64,000 bases of DNA from a bacterium (GTDB taxonomy: Bacteria > Hydrothermota > Tepidihabitantia > SM23-42 > JAOAFX01), in the NCBI GenBank assembly GCA_036796695.1, contig DAIRCK010000015.1:438-64437 (forward strand), in the 5' to 3' direction. Positions 50,458-61,078 of this stretch are shown here, piece after piece. Below the pieces are notes generated by a model, which saw only the letters and a list, made by a program, of their open reading frames with translations, searched no databases and was not told the origin of the DNA. Both the position numbers and the translations under genes were made by a program. Each line of letters opens with the position of its first letter. The first letter of the stretch is position 1.

Positions 50458-51084
50458 ATGAAAAAACAAATTCCTTTATTTATATGTATGTTGATGGGTT
50501 TTATAATGATTATCCAGTTCTTTATCGGACATCCGATCAGTACCCAGGCAAACGAACATATCAACAACTGGGCAATAGTGGTCTCTGCCTTCAGTATTAT
50601 CCTGGGTATAGGTAGTCTCATTGACCATCATACTGACCGACTGAGGAGAAAAAGTGAAGGCTGGCAATTCAGCATTGTAGTCCTATTTAGTCTGGTGACG
50701 ATGGCTGTAATTGGGCTATTCGGTGGTATAAAAAGCGGCACATTCTTTATGACCATATACTCAAATGTCATATTACCACTGGGTGCAAGTATGTTTGCTA
50801 TCCTTGCATTCTATATGGCATCTGCTGCTTATCGGGCATTCCGTGCCAGAACATTTGAGGCAACATTACTCCTTCTCGCTGCATTCATTGTAATGCTCGG
50901 GTTTGTTCCATTTGGTTATTTTATCCATCCCAAATTATCAGAGATTGCTGAATGGTTGTTAAAGGTTCCAAATATGGCAGCAAAAAGGGGTATTATGTTC
51001 GGCGTTGCCTTAGGTGTGGTTTCCACCTCTTTAAAGATAATCCTGGGCATTGAACGTTCCTGGCTTGGTGGAGGAGGTAAATAA
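50458..51084 (+). CDS. hypothetical polytopic membrane protein (operon gene 2 of 4)
   Basis: 5-6 predicted TM helices. RBS GGGAGG. Stop overlaps the next start (TAATG). Confidence 0.5.
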   Translation: MKKQIPLFICMLMGFIMIIQFFIGHPISTQANEHINNWAIVVSAFSIILGIGSLIDHHTDRLRRKSEGWQFSIVVLFSLVTMAVIGLFGGIKSGTFFMTIYSNVILPLGASMFAILAFYMASAAYRAFRARTFEATLLLLAAFIVMLGFVPFGYFIHPKLSEIAEWLLKVPNMAAKRGIMFGVALGVVSTSLKIILGIERSWLGGGGK

Positions 51085-51926
51085 TGAACTTTGCAGAAAA
51101 AATTGCAAAAATTCCAAGACAGATCATTTATGTTATAATTGCACTTGCAATAATTATCCCGCTCATTGTTCCTATTGGAATGGCGATAAATGTAATGCCC
51201 CAGACCCAGAAATTGATAGATGCAATAGAATCACTACCCCCTGATTCCAAACCGGTTTTGATTTCCTGTGATTTTGACCCCCAATCAATGCCTGAACTCT
51301 ATCCAATGCTTGAAGCAGCACTCAATCATTGCTTTAATAAAGGAATTAAGGTTCTCGTTCTTGCCTTATGGCCCCAGGGTGCGGGTATGGCTGAGATAGC
51401 ATTAAAGAAAGTGCCAGAGGTATACAACAAAACATATGGTGAAGATTATGTTTTTTTAGGATATAAGGCAGGTGCTGCTGCAGTAGTCCTTGGACTTGGT
51501 GATAATTTTAAAAATGTTTTTCCTGCTGACTATTACAACACACCCCTTGATTCACTGCCATTGACTGCGAATATAAAAAATTATAATGACATAAGTCTCG
51601 TTATAAGTTTTTCTGCGGGTGACCCTGGTTATAGAACCTGGCTTTTATATGGACAGTCAAAATTTGGTTTTAAATTGGGAACCGGTGTTACAGCAGTATC
51701 TGCTGCTGACACATATCCATATTTAAACAGCGGTCAGCTCACCGGGGTCTTTGCCGGGATGAAGGGTGCGGCAGAATATGAAACTGCCCTGGCAAAAAAG
51801 GGTTATACATTAACAAGCAGAAATGCTACAAAGGCGATGGATGCCCAATCTTTAGGCCATTTCTTTATAATGGTCTTTATCATAATTGGCAATGTTGGTT
51901 ATTTTCTTTTAAGGAGGAAGAAATGA
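51084..51926 (+). CDS. hypothetical membrane-anchored protein with a periplasmic domain (operon gene 3 of 4)
   Basis: N-terminal TM, soluble domain of about 200 aa, C-terminal TM. Confidence 0.5.
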   Translation: MNFAEKIAKIPRQIIYVIIALAIIIPLIVPIGMAINVMPQTQKLIDAIESLPPDSKPVLISCDFDPQSMPELYPMLEAALNHCFNKGIKVLVLALWPQGAGMAEIALKKVPEVYNKTYGEDYVFLGYKAGAAAVVLGLGDNFKNVFPADYYNTPLDSLPLTANIKNYNDISLVISFSAGDPGYRTWLLYGQSKFGFKLGTGVTAVSAADTYPYLNSGQLTGVFAGMKGAAEYETALAKKGYTLTSRNATKAMDAQSLGHFFIMVFIIIGNVGYFLLRRKK

Positions 51927-52552
51927 ATTTATCACAAGACATATTAGTCTGGATTTCTTCACTTCTTACCCTGTTTATATTTTCATTTATCTTCAGGGAT
52001 AATCCATTCTATCGGTTTGCTGAGCACCTCTTTGTTGGGACATCTGCCGGTTATTTTATTGCGCTCCAATATCATAATGTCGTTTATCCCAATCTTATCG
52101 TGCCTTTGTTCAAAGAAGGACAGTTTCTATATGTCATACCATTGATACTCGGAGTATTATACATTACGAGATTCATACCTCAATTATCCTGGATGATAAG
52201 AATTCCCATCGCATTCCTTTTAGGCTGGGGCTCGGGTGTGGCGATTCCAGCAGCACTCCAGGCAGATGTGGTAAAACAGATTCAGGGGACAATGTTAACA
52301 AGGTCTGTTTTTCAACGCTGGGATAATGGTTTATGGGCAGTAATAATTTTGATTGGTGTTATTGCCACATTGATATTTTTCTTCTTTTCAAGGGAAAGAA
52401 AAGGTATATTTAAACCGATCGCAAGTTTGGGGATAATATTTATTATGCTGGGATTCGGCGCCTCATTTGGCTATACAGTTATGGCAAGAATCAGTCTATT
52501 GATTGGGAGATTTCAGTTTCTGCTCGGAGACTGGCTGGGGATCATTAAATAA
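51923..52552 (+). CDS. hypothetical polytopic membrane protein (operon gene 4 of 4)
   Basis: 5-6 TM helices. Start overlaps the previous stop. Confidence 0.5.
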   Translation: MNLSQDILVWISSLLTLFIFSFIFRDNPFYRFAEHLFVGTSAGYFIALQYHNVVYPNLIVPLFKEGQFLYVIPLILGVLYITRFIPQLSWMIRIPIAFLLGWGSGVAIPAALQADVVKQIQGTMLTRSVFQRWDNGLWAVIILIGVIATLIFFFFSRERKGIFKPIASLGIIFIMLGFGASFGYTVMARISLLIGRFQFLLGDWLGIIK

Positions 52553-52612
52553 GTATTGGTTAAATTGTTAAATGGTTAAATAAAAATTATTATTTAACCT
52601 ATTACAATCTTA

Positions 52613-53446
52613 CTATAACATTTTTCTTATCTGTCTTACAAGGTCAATGGCATTTGCATATTTACCAATCGGGATGACATAAAAACCATCCACATAATTC
52701 TTTAATTTTTTTGCGGTTTCAAGGAGTAATTCGGTTTCATCAACCTCTTCTATTTTTGTAATATATTCATAAGGGATACCCAAAAATTTCATTAATGAAA
52801 ATGCCCTCTTTTTTGTGTATAAAAAAGAGAGCCCTGCAATGATTTTAATATCTGGTTGACGTCTACGCAACTCCTTTAATGTTTCAATAAATCTTTCCGA
52901 CTGGAACACAGGCTGGGTAAAAAAGACCTCTGCCCCACATCGGCACTTCTCCCCTGCCTTTATCAACTCACCCTGGATATTCAAAACATTCGGATTGAAA
53001 CTCGTGCATAAGCAGAAATCAACCGGTGCTATCGTCTTCCTTGCTGAAGTTAGACCCTGTCTCAAATTTTTTGCAACATCCAGTAATTTTGAAGAATTCA
53101 ATTCAAACATACTCCTGCCTTCAACCGGAGAATCACCCGTAACACACAAGATGTTTTCTACTCCCAGTGCCTTGGCACCAAGCAACTGACTCTCAAATGA
53201 TAAAAGTGTAAAATGTCGTGCTACAAAGTGTGGTATGGTTTCTATTTTTAGTCTTTCCTGTAAGATATGAGCAAAACACAGGGAATCAGGTCTTAATTTT
53301 CCCAATGGATTTGAAGGAATATTTACTGCATCAATGTATTCCCTGAATACCTGCAGTTCTTTTATGAGGTTTTCTATATCAACACTCGTAGGCAAAAGAA
53401 CCTCAAGTGTGATAATCTTCTTAAGTTTCAATTTATCTCTTATCAT
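52613..53446 (-). CDS. metF: methylenetetrahydrofolate reductase-like protein
   Basis: MTHFR TIM-barrel similarity (LEVLLP, VTGDSP). Lies adjacent to metH. Confidence 0.7.
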   Translation of the reverse strand: MIRDKLKLKKIITLEVLLPTSVDIENLIKELQVFREYIDAVNIPSNPLGKLRPDSLCFAHILQERLKIETIPHFVARHFTLLSFESQLLGAKALGVENILCVTGDSPVEGRSMFELNSSKLLDVAKNLRQGLTSARKTIAPVDFCLCTSFNPNVLNIQGELIKAGEKCRCGAEVFFTQPVFQSERFIETLKELRRRQPDIKIIAGLSFLYTKKRAFSLMKFLGIPYEYITKIEEVDETELLLETAKKLKNYVDGFYVIPIGKYANAIDLVRQIRKML

Positions 53447-53507
53447 ATTCCTTTAAGATTCCTGTATGAAACTAAAATCTCTATTTCATTGAACTCTGTT
53501 TCAAACA

Positions 53508-55898
53508 TTATGCAATACCCTTTATTATTTTCAAACCATCAAATGCATTCCTTGCTGCTGCATAGGCACCTATCTTTTTTGCAAACCCTTCGCTTACATT
53601 TGGGCCACCAATTATAACCGGTGTATCAAGACCATTCTTTCTCAATAATTTTATTACATTTTCCATTTCTAACATCGTCGTTGTAAGAAGTGCACTCAGT
53701 CCTAATGCAACAGGATTATATCTTCTCACCGCCTCAACAATTTTAATCGCCTCCACATCCTTGCCCAGGTCTATAACCTCATAACCTGCAGATTCGAATA
53801 CCATTGAAACAATATTCTTGCCGATATCGTGTATATCACCTTTTACAGTAGCGAGCACGACCCTCTTCTTTTTTACTGGTTCATTAGAAACACCGATGTG
53901 CTGCTCCATTCTTTTTTTAATTACCCTTAGAACTGCCTTTGTGGCATCAGCAGATTTCAGCAAATCAGGGATGAAAAATATTCCTTTTTCATAATTTTCT
54001 CCAACCTTTTTCATTCCATTAAAGACATAGTAATCAATTATCTTTTCAGGTGGCACATTGGAATCAAGTAATTTTTTTGTCTCATCAAGCGCCAATTTTA
54101 TATTACCATCAATAATCGCCTTTATCAATCCTTCAGCATTAGATGTCTCTGTCTCCTCTTTTTTAATATCAATCTTTACAGGAACAACATTTTTCCGGGA
54201 ATATTCCTTTACCCGTTTTATATATTCATTCACTTCTTTTTTAAGAATTGCAGATACTGACCAAAAACTTTCCATCACCCTCTGATCAAGCGGATTGATA
54301 ATAAGAAAATTAACTCCGGAATTGATTGCAAGCGTGACGAGTGTAGAATTTAATAAACTCCTTTCGGGCAGACCAAAAGAGACGTTGGAAATACCCAATA
54401 TCGTATTCAATCCCATTTTGTGTAATTCTTTAACGGTCTTAAGAGTTTCATTAACCTGTTCTGGTTCAGTTGCCGTAGAAAAGACAAGTGGGTCAAATAT
54501 CATATCCTCTACTGGAAATTTTAATCTTTTTGCAATTTTTATTGCGAGTTTAACATTTTTCATCCTTTCCGTGAATGTTTTCGGAATCTTCTCACCGACA
54601 AGAGAGATAACTGCCTTAAATCCAAATTTCCTAACAAGCGGCAGAAATCTTTTTAATTCCTTTTCTCGTGAGGGGATTGAGTTGTAAACTCCAATACCTG
54701 GATAGATAGCCATTGCCTTTTCTGCTGCATAAAAATTCTGGGTATCAATGAATACCGGAAGTTTACAGTTTTTTATAACTTCATAAAGGCAATTTAATAA
54801 AATTTCTTCCTCATTAATCTCAGGCACAAAGGCATTTACATCAATAGCATGGGCACCTGCATCTTCCTGAGATTTCGCTTCAGTGCCATAGATTGTATAA
54901 TCATTATTAATAAGACTCTCTTTCAATTTTTTTCTGCCTGAAGGATTCAATCGCTCACCGACAATGATTGTGGAATCTGTATCGATTTTTATATACCTTT
55001 GAGGAGAGGCAAGAAAAGATATATTTGGGGGGCGCACCCTGAAACTTATATCTACATCTTTATTTCTGGATATCAATTCTATATACCGTGGTGTTGTTCC
55101 ACAACAACCACCGATCAGGCGTGCGCCTGATTTGACAAATTCTTTAAAATAACCTGCCAGTTCCTTATCTGAAATGGAATTCTTTACTCTATTATCTTCT
55201 ATTGCTACCTTTCCTGCATTAGGCTTGGCAATAAGAGGCAAATCCGTAACCAAAGACATCCTCTTCAAAACTTCTAATGCAATATCAGGTTCTGTGCAAT
55301 TCACACCAATCGCCTTTGCACCAAGTTTATCAAAAGTAATCGCAATCGATTCAGGTGTATCCCCAAATATCGTCCGGTAATTATCCTGAAAAGTAAAACT
55401 TACAAGTATATTCTCGGAAAATTCTTTACCGGCAAGAAATGCAGTCTTTGCCTCAATCATAGAATTAAATGTTTCAATCAAAAATGTTTTAATGCCATAA
55501 AAATAAAAAACCCTGAAAATTTCACGATAAATTTTACAGGTCTCTTCAAAATCACCATCCCCATAGGGCTTTATCAAAATTCCAAGTGGTCCAATATCTC
55601 CGAAAATTAACTTTTTATCCCCTGCTGCACTGCGGGCAATCTTTATAGCACTTTTTATCACGTCTTTATATCTATCACCCTTAAAATTTATAGGATTGGC
55701 ACTGAATGTGTTCGTCAGTATTACATCACTACCTGCATCAATATATCTTTTCTCCAACTCATATACCGCTTCAGGATTTTTCAAATTTAAATTCGCTGGT
55801 GGTTCTCCGGGTAGCAAACCTTTTTCAAAAAGATTCGTGCCTGTAGCACCATCAAGTATAAGAATTCTTTTCTTGAGCAACCTTTTAAGAATATTCAT
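53508..55898 (-). CDS. metH: cobalamin-dependent methionine synthase lacking the C-terminal reactivation domain (796 aa)
   Basis: Hcy-binding and pterin-binding barrels. B12-binding DxHxxG (GDIHDIGKNIV). The protein ends after the B12 domain. Confidence 0.85.
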   Translation of the reverse strand: MNILKRLLKKRILILDGATGTNLFEKGLLPGEPPANLNLKNPEAVYELEKRYIDAGSDVILTNTFSANPINFKGDRYKDVIKSAIKIARSAAGDKKLIFGDIGPLGILIKPYGDGDFEETCKIYREIFRVFYFYGIKTFLIETFNSMIEAKTAFLAGKEFSENILVSFTFQDNYRTIFGDTPESIAITFDKLGAKAIGVNCTEPDIALEVLKRMSLVTDLPLIAKPNAGKVAIEDNRVKNSISDKELAGYFKEFVKSGARLIGGCCGTTPRYIELISRNKDVDISFRVRPPNISFLASPQRYIKIDTDSTIIVGERLNPSGRKKLKESLINNDYTIYGTEAKSQEDAGAHAIDVNAFVPEINEEEILLNCLYEVIKNCKLPVFIDTQNFYAAEKAMAIYPGIGVYNSIPSREKELKRFLPLVRKFGFKAVISLVGEKIPKTFTERMKNVKLAIKIAKRLKFPVEDMIFDPLVFSTATEPEQVNETLKTVKELHKMGLNTILGISNVSFGLPERSLLNSTLVTLAINSGVNFLIINPLDQRVMESFWSVSAILKKEVNEYIKRVKEYSRKNVVPVKIDIKKEETETSNAEGLIKAIIDGNIKLALDETKKLLDSNVPPEKIIDYYVFNGMKKVGENYEKGIFFIPDLLKSADATKAVLRVIKKRMEQHIGVSNEPVKKKRVVLATVKGDIHDIGKNIVSMVFESAGYEVIDLGKDVEAIKIVEAVRRYNPVALGLSALLTTTMLEMENVIKLLRKNGLDTPVIIGGPNVSEGFAKKIGAYAAARNAFDGLKIIKGIA

Positions 55899-56016
55899 AC
55901 AGATATTCTATATAATTTATCTATTATGTCAATAATAGTAAATAACAGTGCCACATATAAAAAATTGACCTATACTTTTTCGTTGACACCATCAATAATA
56001 TCAATATAATCACAAA

Positions 56017-57573
56017 ATGGCAGATATAACCAGGGGTGTCCGCTCATTCACACTTGGAACTGCGGTCAGCCGTGTCACAGGTCTAATCAGGGAAATGGTA
56101 TTTGCCTATCTTTATGGAGCAAACACCTCTACTGACGCATTCCAGGCATCATTCCGTCTGCTTGATCTATTAAGAGACCTCTTTGCCGAAACAACCCTGT
56201 CATCAGCGATAATACCAATTTTGACCGAAGAAAAAAGCAAGGGTCGAAAGAATCAGAATCTGCTTGCCAGTAATATCTTTAATCTGCTTTTCATAGTCGT
56301 TGGTATCATCACAATATTATGTATAATTTTTGCACCGTATCTGGTCCGTGTCATTGCCTTTGGATTTGCAAATATCCCTGGTAAATTTGACCTCACTGCC
56401 CGACTTGCGCAAATCATTCTTCCATTTCTTTTATTCGTTGCCTTTGCTGCGTGGGCTATGAGTTATCTCAATACTGAAAATAAATTTTTTATTCCTTCTG
56501 TGGCACCTGCCTGGTTCAATATCTTCTCAATCCTTGTTCCAATTATGTTATACAAATATTTAATAAACAAAGGAATAGACCCCATCTTTGGTATGGCATA
56601 TGGTGTTCTGGCTGGTGGTCTGATGCAATTTGGTTCTCAAATCCCGGGACTTGTTAAAAATGGATTCCGTTACCATTTCTATCTGAACCTCAAAGAACCT
56701 GCTTTGAAAAAGGTGATATTTTTATTCATTCCCGTTGCATTGGGGCTTGCAAGTTCAAGAATAAATGTAATGGTAGATACGATAATGGTGTCTTTCCTTG
56801 AAGAAAGGAGTATGACCTGGCTACATTATGCCTTCAGAGTTATGCATTTGCCTTTAGGACTTTTTGGAATTGCAGTCGGCGCAGTTGCCCTACCCTCCCT
56901 TTCAAAGCTTGTTGTTGAAACAAAATTTGAAGAACTGCGTAAAACATTAATTGATTCATTAAGACTCGTATTTTTACTGACAATTTTCAGTTCAGTTTTT
57001 ATTATCTTTTTCTCCCATCCAATTACAAGAATTATTTATGAACGGGGCAAATTCACTTCTTTTGATACATCAGCCACTGCCTCGGCATTGATTTTTTACA
57101 TAATCGGTGTTCCTTTTGCCTCAGGATTGCGCAATGTGGCATCTGGATTCTATGCCTTAAAAGATTCAAAAACACCGATGTATGTAAGCCTCGGAATGAT
57201 CGGTGTCAATGTTTGTTTAAATTACATTTTAATGAAACTTATGAGTTTCCGTGGCATTGCCCTTGCCACATCGATATCTGCATTTTTTAACTTTATCATA
57301 TTATTCAGCATACTTCCCAAAAAAGTGGGAAACCTTGAGGTCAAAGGATTAATAAAATATGTATTATTGATTACGCTCGGCTCAATAATTACCAGTCTTA
57401 TTGGAATAATAATTTTTAATTATCTTATCAAGACCTTTCATCCCAATCTAATGATCCAGGTCATCGCCCTGGTCGTTATGTGTTTTTCTGTCCTGTTTAT
57501 TTTCTATCTCTTCTGCAAAATATCTAAGATCAATGATGCTACGAGAATTTTAAAGCAACTTTTTAAACGATAA
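56017..57573 (+). CDS. murJ: lipid II flippase MurJ/MviN
   Basis: N-terminus RSFTLGTAVSRVTGLIREMVFAYLYGA is typical of MurJ. 14 TM helices predicted. Confidence 0.85.
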   Translation: MADITRGVRSFTLGTAVSRVTGLIREMVFAYLYGANTSTDAFQASFRLLDLLRDLFAETTLSSAIIPILTEEKSKGRKNQNLLASNIFNLLFIVVGIITILCIIFAPYLVRVIAFGFANIPGKFDLTARLAQIILPFLLFVAFAAWAMSYLNTENKFFIPSVAPAWFNIFSILVPIMLYKYLINKGIDPIFGMAYGVLAGGLMQFGSQIPGLVKNGFRYHFYLNLKEPALKKVIFLFIPVALGLASSRINVMVDTIMVSFLEERSMTWLHYAFRVMHLPLGLFGIAVGAVALPSLSKLVVETKFEELRKTLIDSLRLVFLLTIFSSVFIIFFSHPITRIIYERGKFTSFDTSATASALIFYIIGVPFASGLRNVASGFYALKDSKTPMYVSLGMIGVNVCLNYILMKLMSFRGIALATSISAFFNFIILFSILPKKVGNLEVKGLIKYVLLITLGSIITSLIGIIIFNYLIKTFHPNLMIQVIALVVMCFSVLFIFYLFCKISKINDATRILKQLFKR

Positions 57574-57574
57574 A

Positions 57575-58372
57575 TCAGGGAGTAAATTTAATCCCAATCT
57601 GATGGGCATTTGAAAATTGTGTGTATACAAACGAATAGCCAAGTTCATATTCATCAAAAGTAATCGTCAGACCACCTGAAAAATGGCAATCAGATAAAGA
57701 AACCTTTTCAATATAAGTGGAAGGTTTGATATATTTCATACCCGCAAAAATTTTTAAATTCTCATAATTATACATCAAACCACTACTCAATTCAAAACCC
57801 CTGCCCCTTGCCTCAATAAAAATTTCAAAATCTTCAAAGAAAGTATATTTAACCCCGGTTGCAAAAATCAATGGCACATCTACTCTATGAACGAACTCAC
57901 CTCCGATATTATCAATCTTTGCACCGATTGAAAATTTCCCTGAATTAATCATTAAACCAGTGCCTATTGCAATCCCGATAAATGTGACCGAATCAATCCT
58001 TGATTGAAAATTTTTAATAGATATGCCCAATGGACCAAAATTTCTGGCAATACCGATATTCAAATCATAGGGTGAAAATCTATTTGTGGGAACACCGTAG
58101 TCATCATAACCCTGGATATCTCCATAATCAAGATAATAAAGACCAAAGGCATTATTTTTATATGAAGCACCTGCTGTCATTACATTCGTTCCATAAAGCC
58201 ATCTACCGATTATAAAATTGAATGTAGTCTTAAAATTTACTGCTGGATTGTGGAAAACTGATAATCCTTCATCTACAAGTGTTGTTATCCCGCCCAGTCC
58301 ATTTGATTGAATGCCCGCAAACAATTTTGTGGAATTATCAATATAAATATTCAAGATAAAGAATAGTATCAT
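57575..58372 (-). CDS. outer-membrane beta-barrel protein, possibly T9SS-associated (PorQ/PorV-like), 265 aa
   Basis: Alternating amphipathic beta-strands. C-terminal aromatic residue. Neighbours T9SS cargo genes. Confidence 0.4.
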   Translation of the reverse strand: MILFFILNIYIDNSTKLFAGIQSNGLGGITTLVDEGLSVFHNPAVNFKTTFNFIIGRWLYGTNVMTAGASYKNNAFGLYYLDYGDIQGYDDYGVPTNRFSPYDLNIGIARNFGPLGISIKNFQSRIDSVTFIGIAIGTGLMINSGKFSIGAKIDNIGGEFVHRVDVPLIFATGVKYTFFEDFEIFIEARGRGFELSSGLMYNYENLKIFAGMKYIKPSTYIEKVSLSDCHFSGGLTITFDEYELGYSFVYTQFSNAHQIGIKFTP

Positions 58373-59619
58373 TTCACAACCGCAAGTTTGGTCCGATAAT
58401 AATGCTCACCATATTTTGTTTGAATCTGGATATGGACAAAATAGATACCGACATTTAATTTATCATTACTTATAGAAACGGCATAAGGGTTAAAACTTTC
58501 AGTTTCATAAACCCTTTGCCCTATAATATTTGTTATGGTAATCTTAGCCCTTTGAAAATCATCAAGGTGGGGTAATTTTATATAAGCCTGTTTGTGCATT
58601 GGGTTGGGATATATTGCCAGTTCTTTTATCTCTGTTTTATTAGTATAGCCATCCATAACGACCACAGAAACTGGTAGATGGTCTGATGCATAATAGAGTG
58701 CCCGTGCTATTTCATCAGGCACAGCATAATTAATACCACTATTTATTGATTTATTAAAATGTTTTCCATCATTTCCAAATACTGTATAAGATTCTACAGG
58801 CAGAAAGAGTCCGGCAGTATCTATAAGATTTGGCGAACATAAGATAAGGTCAAATCGATCATCAAGCCCACCAGTTGAACCCATATCAGGCAACGCCTCA
58901 TTTCGTGTTGACTGGGTATGTGCATAGGCATATGTATAATTGTCATGCCAGACACCGGAAAATGCCAATGGGTCTCGCAAGCCCCTTGAATTAGTCTGGA
59001 TACTATCTATGAGTTTGAGATAACCAGATTCATTATAGTAGAAATTAAAATCACCCATAACAATATATTCTGTAGAATCAGGAAGAGAATCAAGATGATT
59101 GCGTAACCTAATCGCCTCCTGGAGTCTTATTAGCTCAGATTCAGCACCTGCCTTTAGATGAACAGAAAAGATATAGAACTCCCTCTTTGAATCCTTCATT
59201 CTTATTTTATATCTTGCTATGTCCCGGTTTGAAGTCGGAATGTATATAGCATCAATGAATTCAGATTTTGAGCGTCGATAAAATAAGCCATTATCTGTAT
59301 CAGGACCATCATTAAAAGGTGCAATTGAAAAATCATTCTGTTTATAGTTCAGAACTGAATCCCGGAACAATTCCATTCCAAATTCACTTTGCATTTCCTG
59401 GACAACGAGAACATCCGGCTTTATATAATCCATTATCTGCCGGTAATATTTAATCCGTTCATAACCCATTGTGTTGGGAAAATTTAAAAGATTATAGGTA
59501 GCAACCTTTAGTTGACCCGCATTTGCTATGGGAAATAAAAGAACTGATTGTAATATTATCCTTAGAATAATTCTATTTGCGAGAAACATCAATAATTCTG
59601 CCCTCGACATCCTTTTCAA
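58369..59619 (-). CDS. endonuclease/exonuclease/phosphatase-family hydrolase with a T9SS C-terminal sorting domain
   Basis: EEP motifs VATYNLLNFPN..LVVQEMQ. C-terminal LAIYPNPMHKQAYIKL..VGIYFVHIQ matches the Por secretion tail. Track start is a TTG at 59619; an ATG lies at 59610. Confidence 0.7.
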   Translation of the reverse strand: MKRMSRAELLMFLANRIILRIILQSVLLFPIANAGQLKVATYNLLNFPNTMGYERIKYYRQIMDYIKPDVLVVQEMQSEFGMELFRDSVLNYKQNDFSIAPFNDGPDTDNGLFYRRSKSEFIDAIYIPTSNRDIARYKIRMKDSKREFYIFSVHLKAGAESELIRLQEAIRLRNHLDSLPDSTEYIVMGDFNFYYNESGYLKLIDSIQTNSRGLRDPLAFSGVWHDNYTYAYAHTQSTRNEALPDMGSTGGLDDRFDLILCSPNLIDTAGLFLPVESYTVFGNDGKHFNKSINSGINYAVPDEIARALYYASDHLPVSVVVMDGYTNKTEIKELAIYPNPMHKQAYIKLPHLDDFQRAKITITNIIGQRVYETESFNPYAVSISNDKLNVGIYFVHIQIQTKYGEHYYRTKLAVVK

Positions 59620-61078
59620 TCGGCGTATGCCTTCTTATGTAATCAGCAATTATATTACGTAGATATGTAAATGTCTCCTGAATTTCCTTCCCTCCCTTAA
59701 AAATAGCATAATCCCCGCCACCTCCAGCAAGAAATGAATTGGTGACAAGCAGATATTCTTTTTCAGGGTTTAACAAACTACCATCTGACAAACGAACTTC
59801 AAGGACCCTTTCATTTATTGGTTTCTTAGAATTATATTTAAATTTTATTCCTGAGACCTGGAATATTGCATGTCTGCCATTGACTCCAACCTCAAGCACC
59901 TTTAATATCTGTGCGCCTGTCATTTTCATAAGAACCGCAGTATTGGAAAGTGCATCAACATAATAGCAATCCCGATAAGTTATCTCCCCTTTTGCAAGAT
60001 TTGCCCTTATCCCTCCTGAATTATGTATGGCAATATCAGCATTAAAGTATTCACGCATTGCATCAGTGATTAAATTACCCATTGGTGACTCTTCAAAGCC
60101 CGCACGGGTTAAATCCTTTTTTGCATAACCGATGACTTCATCAAACCCCTTTTTGGTATCCTGTTCCCACTTGTATAACAAATTAAGAAGTATTGTATCA
60201 AGTTCAATCTCGTCACTCAAAAGGTCGATCAATTCACCGCGATACCCTTTAATCTTTTTTGTCGTGGGGTCAATCATCAAATCAAGAAATCCTATGCTTG
60301 TGAGATGACTATAATTCTGGCAGATTATTGTATGATTTATTGAATCTTCATAGGGCACTTCAAGTGCGGTTGAACTGTGGGACCCAAAAATTACATCAAT
60401 TCCTGGAGTATTTTCTGCAAGCCTTTTATCACGACGTAAGCCAATTCCGGTCATTGCAAATATCAAATCCACACCTTTTGTTTTCAATGTATCAACATAT
60501 CTCCTTGCTGTTTCAAGCTCGGGTAAAACTATATGATTTTTAAAACGTTCAGGGGTTGTCATTCCTTTCATATATTCAGTAAGCAATCCAAAAACACCAA
60601 TCTTTAAATCACCAAATTCTACAATTGTATATGGTTTGAGATATTCAACATTTTCCTTTGTATCTTCATAGACGATGTTACTACATATAAACTGTGCCTT
60701 TACACTCGCAACAAAATCCTTGAATACATCCACACCCATATCATAATCGTGATTACCTGGAGAGAGCAAATCATAACCACAATAGTTGAAGTAATCAACC
60801 ACTGCCTTGCCCTTAGAAAATTCGCCTATGGGCGAGCCAATGAACATATCACCGGTATCAAGCAGAAGAAATCCATAACCAAGACTGTCTGCCTCTTTTT
60901 TCTTTTCTTTTATTAAAGTGGCTGCGCCTGCTGCATTACCAATGGGTGGAGGAAAATATGGATTCATCCACCAGGCAGTGCTCGGAAGAAGACCTCCTTC
61001 TATGTCATTTGTATAAAGAATATAGATGTGCTCGGGTGCACCTGCAAAAAGAATATAAGTTAGTAAACAAAATAACAT
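59573..61078 (-). CDS. bifunctional metallophosphatase/5'-nucleotidase (501 aa)
   Basis: Calcineurin-like GNHDYD motif and a C-terminal 5'-nucleotidase substrate-binding domain. Confidence 0.8.
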   Translation of the reverse strand: MLFCLLTYILFAGAPEHIYILYTNDIEGGLLPSTAWWMNPYFPPPIGNAAGAATLIKEKKKEADSLGYGFLLLDTGDMFIGSPIGEFSKGKAVVDYFNYCGYDLLSPGNHDYDMGVDVFKDFVASVKAQFICSNIVYEDTKENVEYLKPYTIVEFGDLKIGVFGLLTEYMKGMTTPERFKNHIVLPELETARRYVDTLKTKGVDLIFAMTGIGLRRDKRLAENTPGIDVIFGSHSSTALEVPYEDSINHTIICQNYSHLTSIGFLDLMIDPTTKKIKGYRGELIDLLSDEIELDTILLNLLYKWEQDTKKGFDEVIGYAKKDLTRAGFEESPMGNLITDAMREYFNADIAIHNSGGIRANLAKGEITYRDCYYVDALSNTAVLMKMTGAQILKVLEVGVNGRHAIFQVSGIKFKYNSKKPINERVLEVRLSDGSLLNPEKEYLLVTNSFLAGGGGDYAIFKGGKEIQETFTYLRNIIADYIRRHTPIEKDVEGRIIDVSRK

